Source: an uncultured Rhodospirillales bacterium
GTDB lineage: Bacteria; Pseudomonadota; Alphaproteobacteria; RF32; CAG-239
Length of the DNA: 64,000 nucleotides
Assembly (NCBI GenBank): GCA_902763185.1
Contig: CACWQT010000004.1
Location: 54,535 to 118,534, forward strand
Reading direction: 5' to 3'
Of this stretch, positions 57,767 to 64,000 are shown in pieces (position 1 is the first letter of the stretch; each line of letters opens with the position of its first letter). A program made the translations under genes and the position numbers. The notes under the pieces are model-generated. The model was not told the DNA's origin and did not search any database. It saw only the letters and a program-made list of their open reading frames with translations.

Positions 57767-58381
57767 ATGAATAAACTAAAAAATATTGCGTTGATGCTTG
57801 CAAGCGTATTTTTGTTTGCCTGCTCTTCTACCACAGATACGGATGCTGTACCGCTAAAATATAGTGAACCCCGTTTTCAAAGAATAGCACCGATTGTGCT
57901 TAATGTTGAAAAAGTGGATGTTTCATCAGAATTTGTGCCTTCATTTACACGTCCGAACGTAGAACACTTGTTTCCGATTTCTATTGAAAAAACGGCCAGA
58001 ATTTGGGCTGAAGACCGCTTAAAAGCCGATGGCTTTTCTTCTAATAAAATTGCCGAGTATGTTATCAAAGATGCAAGCGTAACAGAAGAAGTTGAAAAAT
58101 CAGGAGATATGTTTCAAAAAGATCGCTTGAAATATCGAGCTCATTTGGCCGTGTTATTAAAAATTGTAGATAAATCGAACATGTCTGCAGCAGAAACCAC
58201 AATTGATGCATGGCGAGAATTATTGATGCCGGTTGATACCAAAATAGCAGACAAAGAAAGGCTTTGGAATGATATGGTGAATAAATTGTTTGATGACTTT
58301 AACCGTCGTATGGAACAAAGTCTTAATGATTCTTTGAATATGTATGTCAAAAATAATTATCGAGCCAAAGAATATAAATAA
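57767..58381 (+). CDS. Hypothetical lipoprotein
   Basis: Lipobox SVFLFAC-S, 204 aa. No family recognised. Confidence 0.5.
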   Translation: MNKLKNIALMLASVFLFACSSTTDTDAVPLKYSEPRFQRIAPIVLNVEKVDVSSEFVPSFTRPNVEHLFPISIEKTARIWAEDRLKADGFSSNKIAEYVIKDASVTEEVEKSGDMFQKDRLKYRAHLAVLLKIVDKSNMSAAETTIDAWRELLMPVDTKIADKERLWNDMVNKLFDDFNRRMEQSLNDSLNMYVKNNYRAKEYK

Positions 58382-58404
58382 AACTAAGTTTGATGAATAA
58401 AAAA

Positions 58405-58428
58405 AGCACCGTCAAGGTGCTTTTTTTG
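58405..58428 (+). terminator. Intrinsic terminator
   Basis: AGCACC (58405-58410), loop gtcaa, GGTGCT (58416-58421), followed by a T run. Confidence 0.7.
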
Positions 58429-58581
58429 TGTCGATTCGTTATCACTACAACATCTTTTCATACCGACAAAAAACGCAAAAATTAAACACAAATATATAAG
58501 TATTTATGTCATGTGTATTTTTCATTTTTAACCTCCGGAAAACATCCGTATTTTACGAAAAACTTAATACTGGAGGGTAAA

Positions 58582-58995
58582 ATGAAACTGAATAATAAAT
58601 GGTCACTAATTGAACAAATAGATTATCTTCATGAATCCATAGAAGACGAGTGTCAGGAATATTTATATTATCTGCCGCACGCCAATCGATGTATTTATGA
58701 GCGAATAAATAATGCTTCAACATTTTTGTTACATAACGCGTTGCGCATTTTTCGTAATCAAAAACCGCTTATAAGGACAAATAAAGCATTTCTGACAATA
58801 GAGAATACTAAAGAGCTGATGCTCAAAATTTATCAGACAATGCTGACTACAGATTTTCCAATTCAAAAAGAAAATCAGATAAAAAGCATAATGCGAGAAG
58901 AATTTATGCTAAATCCGGAGGATTTGCTGCGAACAACGCCGACAACTGAGCAAGAGTATTACAAAAATCTATCCTTATTAAATGGAAAATGCTGA
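58582..58995 (+). CDS. Hypothetical protein
   Basis: The ORF is open from 58513, but the likely start is ATG 58582 after GGAGGG. 137 aa, no signal peptide, no family recognised. Confidence 0.4.
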   Translation: MKLNNKWSLIEQIDYLHESIEDECQEYLYYLPHANRCIYERINNASTFLLHNALRIFRNQKPLIRTNKAFLTIENTKELMLKIYQTMLTTDFPIQKENQIKSIMREEFMLNPEDLLRTTPTTEQEYYKNLSLLNGKC

Positions 58996-59079
58996 ATAGT
59001 AAAAAACTTGACATTAAAGAAAAATCAGCCTACAAACAAACCAATAAATATATTATTGTCTAACTAAAAACTAAGGATT

Positions 59080-59703
59080 ATGGCACAAAAAGTTATTCTT
59101 TTTAATTATTTTTTGCATCAGGCAGCAGAGCGCATGCAAAAACAGTGTGGATTGGATGAAAAGGCAGCATTACTGTCCATTATCTTCTCCAAGGCAAATA
59201 TTTTCCGCCGTTATGCAAGCGGTGGCTCTTCTCAACTAACATGGTCATGTCATCCGCAGTATGCCGAGGATTTATTCTGGACTGTCTTACTCAATGCCAA
59301 GGCCAATGGTGAGGATTTACTGAGATACTATCAGCCGAGAGCATCTTTCCTGTTTGGTGGGCAAAAACAATGGGGTGCGCCAATCCTAGAGGACGCAGAC
59401 ATACAGGCAGTATGTGCCGAGATTTATCCGAAGTCTGCACCGGACCATGAGCTGTATGCAAAGGTTTTAGGAAAGGAAACATTGCCCAATATTGATCACG
59501 CCAAGTCTGTTGATGTATCCAAACTGGAACTTCCGACACCTGATGCAGACACCTCCGTAATCGATCGAGCTTTTTCCCGCTTGTGCGAGGATACCGAATT
59601 TATCAAATTACTTGGTATAGAGGGTAAGTATGATTTTTACGGAAGAAGTCTGGCGCATAAGTATTACGCAACACATTATGCGCCGCTCATTCCGGCAGTG
59701 TAA
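59080..59703 (+). CDS. Hypothetical protein
   Basis: 207-aa ORF after AAGGA. No signal peptide or TM helix, no family recognised. Confidence 0.4.
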   Translation: MAQKVILFNYFLHQAAERMQKQCGLDEKAALLSIIFSKANIFRRYASGGSSQLTWSCHPQYAEDLFWTVLLNAKANGEDLLRYYQPRASFLFGGQKQWGAPILEDADIQAVCAEIYPKSAPDHELYAKVLGKETLPNIDHAKSVDVSKLELPTPDADTSVIDRAFSRLCEDTEFIKLLGIEGKYDFYGRSLAHKYYATHYAPLIPAV

Positions 59704-59719
59704 GAACAACTTGATTAAC

Positions 59720-59753
59720 AAAAAAGGTTATCGTTTTAGCGATAACCTTTTTT
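59720..59753. terminator. Bidirectional intrinsic terminator between convergent genes
   Basis: GGTTATCG (59726-59733), loop ttttag, CGATAACC (59740-59747), flanked by an A run (59720-59725) and a T run (59748-59753). Confidence 0.7.
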
Positions 59754-59759
59754 GTTTGA

Positions 59760-60776
59760 TTAAATTTTGCCTATACGTTGCTTAATGAATTTCATGGCGA
59801 GGCTTAATTCAGTTTTTTCGCGATCAGGAGCTTCTTCAGTGCAAATATCCGGTTTGATACCGATATGGTGAATAGCATTTCCTGATGGTGAAAAAAAGTA
59901 ACCGCTGGTTAAATAGAGTTTTTGATTAAAAAATTTTTCGACTTGTTGAATGCTTCCTTTGCCATATGTTTGTGCGCCAATCAAAGTGGCTCGTCCTTGT
60001 TCATGCAGAGCCGCTGTTACAATTTCTGCAGCGGAAGCCGTATGTGAACCAGTCAATACAACAATGGGTTTTTCAGCTAAAATATCACCGGAGTTAGCGT
60101 TATAAAATTGTGGAGAGGAATTTTTATCTTTTCGATAAGCAATAAGAACATCATCTAAAAATAAATCAGCAGTTTTAATTGCTTCATTAAAATCGCCACC
60201 TTGATTTTCACGCAAATCTAAAATAAAGCCCTTAACAAAAGGATATTGCTCAATAACATTTTTAATAAGTTTACTTGTCCCATTGGCAAACGAGTCGCAA
60301 CGAACATATAAAATATTGTCTTGAATCCGATAATCTACATCAGCTACAGAAAATACGCTATTTTCCAAACGAGAATAGCTGTCTAATTTCCGCAAAGTAT
60401 TTTTCAAAACTGCATTTTCCAAATTTATGGCAGAGGATGCAATTTTATCAGAGTGTTTAACACTTTCTTTCAGCAATGTAGTAACAAAATCCTGCCAAGC
60501 CATAATATCATTATTTTGCGGAACACTAATAGTGGCTACTAATTCATTCGTCTGGTACAAAAAAGCTTTTGTGTGATTATGATAGAATTTAAGACCATTA
60601 TCATAATGTTGCACCAAATCACAACTTTCTTGAACAATATCATTAAAATCAACTATTTGTGCATATTTATCACTAATCTCAGAGAACAGATCTTCTACGC
60701 GCCGAAATTCATACGCAGATACATTAACTGTTTCCAATAACAAACAAATAATGCCTAAACCAATCCGTTGCCACAT
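59760..60776 (-). CDS. S41-family C-terminal processing peptidase
   Basis: PIVVLTGSHTASAAEIVTAALHEQGRATLIGAQTYGKGSIQ. The ORF is open to 60797, but the start MWQRIGLGIICLLLETVNVSA (signal peptide) at 60776 avoids overlap with xthA. Confidence 0.75.
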   Translation of the reverse strand: MWQRIGLGIICLLLETVNVSAYEFRRVEDLFSEISDKYAQIVDFNDIVQESCDLVQHYDNGLKFYHNHTKAFLYQTNELVATISVPQNNDIMAWQDFVTTLLKESVKHSDKIASSAINLENAVLKNTLRKLDSYSRLENSVFSVADVDYRIQDNILYVRCDSFANGTSKLIKNVIEQYPFVKGFILDLRENQGGDFNEAIKTADLFLDDVLIAYRKDKNSSPQFYNANSGDILAEKPIVVLTGSHTASAAEIVTAALHEQGRATLIGAQTYGKGSIQQVEKFFNQKLYLTSGYFFSPSGNAIHHIGIKPDICTEEAPDREKTELSLAMKFIKQRIGKI

Positions 60777-60777
60777 A

Positions 60778-61572
60778 TTATTCGTCAAACTCCGCAATTA
60801 AAGCAGTATGATCCGAGGGTTTATCCATCATACGCGGTGTTTTATCCGGTCGGCAGAGTTTAAGCGTTTCTGCAAACTTGGCGCTGATGAATATATAATC
60901 AATTCTTAAACCTAAATTAGTTACAAAAGAGTTACCAAAGTAATCCCAAAACGTATATCCCTCTATATTAGGATGTAATAACCGAAATGCATCATGCAAG
61001 CCTATAAATTCAAAAGCTTTAATTTTATCTTTTACTTCCTTAACATACAAAGGCGTATCAACGAATTTATTTTCATCGTAAACATCAATGGATTCCATCA
61101 TAACATTAAAGTCGCCGCCTAAGATAATTGGAAGACCTGAATTTTTTAAGAAAAGTAGTCTTTGGTAGAGCATATCAAACCAGTGAAGTTTATAAGAAAG
61201 TTTTTCTTTTTCTACATTTTTATCAGGAGAGCAACCATTAGGTGCATAAACCGATGCGACATAAAATTTTTCTTTTCCTTTTTTGATTAGCACTTCTAAA
61301 TAGCGCATAGCCGTATCATCATTAAATTGCGGCAGATTCTCAGATGTAACCACAAAATCATATTTACTTAAAACAGCCACACCGTTATAGCTCTTTTGTC
61401 CGAGCACAGCTACCTTATATCCTAAACTTTCACACTCAAGAAATAAAAAATTCTCAGTTTCACATTTAATCTCTTGTAAAAAGACTATATCAGGGTTATA
61501 TTTTTTTAACCATGAAAAAAAAGAGCCGGTACGTGCTTTAATGGAGTTTACATTAAATGTTGCAATTTTCAT
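60778..61572 (-). CDS. xthA: Exodeoxyribonuclease III
   Basis: MKIATFNVNSIKAR...IVFLQEIK...GGDFNV...SDHTALIAEF. The ORF is open to 61587. Confidence 0.9.
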   Translation of the reverse strand: MKIATFNVNSIKARTGSFFSWLKKYNPDIVFLQEIKCETENFLFLECESLGYKVAVLGQKSYNGVAVLSKYDFVVTSENLPQFNDDTAMRYLEVLIKKGKEKFYVASVYAPNGCSPDKNVEKEKLSYKLHWFDMLYQRLLFLKNSGLPIILGGDFNVMMESIDVYDENKFVDTPLYVKEVKDKIKAFEFIGLHDAFRLLHPNIEGYTFWDYFGNSFVTNLGLRIDYIFISAKFAETLKLCRPDKTPRMMDKPSDHTALIAEFDE

Positions 61573-61683
61573 AAACTTATTCCTCATCCTAAAACAATCA
61601 AAGTGTAATCTGAATAATATTAAAGGATTGTAAACATATTAAGGTTATACTAACCTCAAGTTATAACGGATAGGGGCAATAAG

Positions 61684-62637
61684 ATGCACTATGGATTCAA
61701 GGCAAATCGGAGAATGGGAATGGATGATTTTCAACAGCGTTCAATTGAGCAAAGTATGCAGAGCATCAGCGATAGACAGGAAGCAATTCGCCATGCAAAG
61801 CATGGCTACATAGGCATGTTACTAGGCATATTAACCGGCGGTGTTGTCAGTTGGTTATTTTTTGGTGCTCATGGTGATACCGATATGGAAAAGACGATTC
61901 CTGTTATCCGCCGGCCGCTCATGGCAGCCAAGGTTCAACCTAATGAACCAGGCGGAATGGAAATAGATAATCAGGATCGTGAGATATATCATATTGTAGA
62001 TAATATCCCCACAAAGGCCGAAGAAGTAAAAATTATTCCGGCACCGGAAGTGCCGCAAATTGTTGTAGAAAACACAATAGCCGCACCGGAAAATATGGAA
62101 AATCTGGTTGAAAGTATTAGCGAAGAAAGTAGCCTGAATCAAGCAGAAATTACTTTGGAAACAAATCCTCAAGAAGAAACAAAAGTTGCAAGTCAGGCGT
62201 TGGCACCGATTAAAACCAATAGTAATGATAAAATTATTATTCCGGAAAAGATACCGGATATTGCTGTAAAATTACAAAAAAATATTAATAACGAACCGGA
62301 AGCAACTTCTGCTAATATGCCAAATCCGCAACCTCAAGCCAAAACCGAAGAAAAAATAACGGTCGAAGAGCCGATAACGCACGGGGCAAAGGGCACATGG
62401 TATGCACAAATCATTGCTTCATCAAGCCGCAAAGCTGTCGAAAATCTTTGGAATCAATTATCTGTAAAGCACGATTTCTTAAAAGGATATACTCATGAAA
62501 TAGAAGAGATTGTGGCAGCAAACGGTAATAAATTATATCGCTTAAAGGTTGGCGCATTTAAAACACGCTTAGAGGCTGAAAACTTGAGTAATAAGCTAAA
62601 ACAAAACCAAATCAGCAGTATTATTAAGCAGAACTAG
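61684..62637 (+). CDS. SPOR domain-containing membrane protein
   Basis: One TM helix (YIGMLLGILTGGVVSWLFF), a Pro/Glu-rich linker and a C-terminal SPOR pattern WYAQIIASSSRKAVENLWNQLSVKHDFLKGY...NKLYRLKVGAFKTRLEAENLSNKLK. Confidence 0.75.
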   Translation: MHYGFKANRRMGMDDFQQRSIEQSMQSISDRQEAIRHAKHGYIGMLLGILTGGVVSWLFFGAHGDTDMEKTIPVIRRPLMAAKVQPNEPGGMEIDNQDREIYHIVDNIPTKAEEVKIIPAPEVPQIVVENTIAAPENMENLVESISEESSLNQAEITLETNPQEETKVASQALAPIKTNSNDKIIIPEKIPDIAVKLQKNINNEPEATSANMPNPQPQAKTEEKITVEEPITHGAKGTWYAQIIASSSRKAVENLWNQLSVKHDFLKGYTHEIEEIVAANGNKLYRLKVGAFKTRLEAENLSNKLKQNQISSIIKQN

Positions 62638-62642
62638 GGGCG

Positions 62643-63710
62643 ATGATGACAAAACCGATTCTTGCGGCAATATTATCCTGTAGTAATACCAGATTAACAG
62701 ATGACGAAAAAAGACTGTTTGCAGAAGCGAACCCATTGGGCGTATCACTGTTTATGCGCAACATAGAAAACAATTTTCAACTTAAAGCCCTTATAAAAGA
62801 GATTAAAGAAGTTATCGGCAGGGATAATGTGCTGATTGCAATAGACGAAGAAGGTGGCAGAGTAACAAGATTAAAACCGGTTACTAAACACCAATTTGCC
62901 TCAGCAGAAACATTGGCAAAAGCAGATATAAGATATAGTCGAATGCACGCAGAGCTTATTGCCCATGACATGAAGCGCTATGGGATTAATGTTAATTACT
63001 CTCCGGTAATCGATAGGAAAAACGCAAAACAAAATGCAGTTCTTTCCGGACGCTGTTTTAGCCCTGATTCCAAGAAAATAGTAGCTTATGCCAAACAGAT
63101 TGCAGATACCTATATAAAATCCGGAATATGCCCCTGTATCAAACATATTCCGGGGCATTTTGCAACATCTTTAGACCCGCATTTGAATATAATCTCAACA
63201 GATTGGTCTTTAGATAAAATTAAAAAAGAAACAGAATACATAAAAAACTTTGCAGAATATCCATTGATTATGACTTCGCATATTATTCTAAAAGCCCTAG
63301 ATGATAACAACCCTGTAACAATGTCTGAAATATGTATAAACGAATTTCTTCGCGGCTATTTGGGGCTAAAAGGTTTGCTCATAAGTGATGCAATAGATAT
63401 GCATTCATTAAGGGGCAGTATAACCGAGCGAGCTGAAAATTGTTGGAATGCTGGTATAGATATTATTTGCTATTGCTCCGGAATATACGAAGATATGTAT
63501 AATATTTGCAATCAGAAGCGGTTTATGTCGGAAAAAGCGCTAATAAAATTTGCAAATATAGAAAATATTATTCATAATACCAAAAAAGATATAGATATCT
63601 CTCGCACCTTGCAACTGTATCAAACAGAGTTTGAGGGAAAATTGGAGGTTAACTATATGTATGATGCAACAGAAGTATTAAATCAAATGCTTCAGAAAGG
63701 GAGAAAATAA
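62643..63710 (+). CDS. nagZ: Beta-N-acetylhexosaminidase (GH3, NagZ-like)
   Basis: IAIDEEGGRVTRL and CIKHIPGH...DPHL, with overall GH3 N-domain length. Confidence 0.75.
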   Translation: MMTKPILAAILSCSNTRLTDDEKRLFAEANPLGVSLFMRNIENNFQLKALIKEIKEVIGRDNVLIAIDEEGGRVTRLKPVTKHQFASAETLAKADIRYSRMHAELIAHDMKRYGINVNYSPVIDRKNAKQNAVLSGRCFSPDSKKIVAYAKQIADTYIKSGICPCIKHIPGHFATSLDPHLNIISTDWSLDKIKKETEYIKNFAEYPLIMTSHIILKALDDNNPVTMSEICINEFLRGYLGLKGLLISDAIDMHSLRGSITERAENCWNAGIDIICYCSGIYEDMYNICNQKRFMSEKALIKFANIENIIHNTKKDIDISRTLQLYQTEFEGKLEVNYMYDATEVLNQMLQKGRK

Positions 63711-63896
63711 ATGATATGGGTTTTAGTTATCATTGCGGTATTTGTTATTTATAATGCGGAACGTATGCCTGATTTGATTAATAAGTTCAAAAAAGAAGTT
63801 CCAAATTTAGTAGATACAGGAAAAAAGGTTTCTAAAGAACTTAAAGAAAAGGCGCACGCCGCTACAGAAAAGAAGAATACCAAAAATAAAGAATAA
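63711..63896 (+). CDS. tatA: Probable TatA/E-like Sec-independent translocase subunit
   Basis: 61 aa with an N-terminal TM helix IWVLVIIAVFVIY, then an amphipathic basic helix ERMPDLINKFKKEV. The usual FG hinge is replaced by YN, so the call is tentative. Confidence 0.45.
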   Translation: MIWVLVIIAVFVIYNAERMPDLINKFKKEVPNLVDTGKKVSKELKEKAHAATEKKNTKNKE

Positions 63897-63909
63897 AATT
63901 CAAAATAAA

Positions 63910-63937
63910 AGGGGGCTGAAATTCCCCCTCTTTTTTT
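63910..63937 (+). terminator. Intrinsic terminator
   Basis: AGGGGG (63910-63915), loop ctgaaatt, CCCCCT (63924-63929), followed by a T run. Confidence 0.7.
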
Positions 63938-64000
63938 ATAACAATTATTTCAAAGCCGGAATGTTAAGTTGCACAAAAAAGCCCGGCTTAATTTTTGTTG

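Overview
This is an AT-rich, tightly packed bacterial chromosomal segment. Several convergent gene pairs are 0-6 nt apart or share stop codons. The core synteny looks alphaproteobacterial: rpmH-rnpA-yidD-yidC-engB, and fpg-rpsT-dnaA followed by dnaN-recF. The right-hand ~27 kb (37.5-64 kb) is ordinary housekeeping: replication and repair genes (dnaA, dnaN, recF, mfd, recG, recX, mutM, xthA), gpsA, hslO, an S41 peptidase, a SPOR protein, nagZ and tatA. It also holds an orphan beta-class DNA methyltransferase and a few unassignable ORFs. The left-hand ~37 kb is the interesting part. Positions 1-5195 (minus strand) carry the start of a type IVb-pilus-like operon: an unknown 446-aa protein, a TcpQ/PilL-domain lipoprotein, a lipoprotein secretin and a PilO2-like protein that runs off the window. 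Positions 5464-37492 (plus strand) carry a highly atypical VirB-type type IV secretion locus. Its gene order is three divergent virB2 pilin paralogs, virB3, virB4, six consecutive secreted helical proteins with VirB5/TrbJ-like mature N-termini (one of 1989 aa), virB8, a virB7-like lipoprotein, a second virB8, virB9 with a C-terminal SPOR domain, a 2419-aa membrane-anchored protein made almost entirely of a short D-x-x-G-x-h-I-G repeat, a 1416-aa virB10 carrying the same repeat ahead of its TrbI/VirB10 domain, and virB11. I see no VirB6-like polytopic protein, VirD4 coupling protein, VirB1 transglycosylase, relaxase or integrase in the window. I found no rRNA, tRNA, CRISPR or IS element. All family calls come from motif recognition by eye, and no database search was possible.
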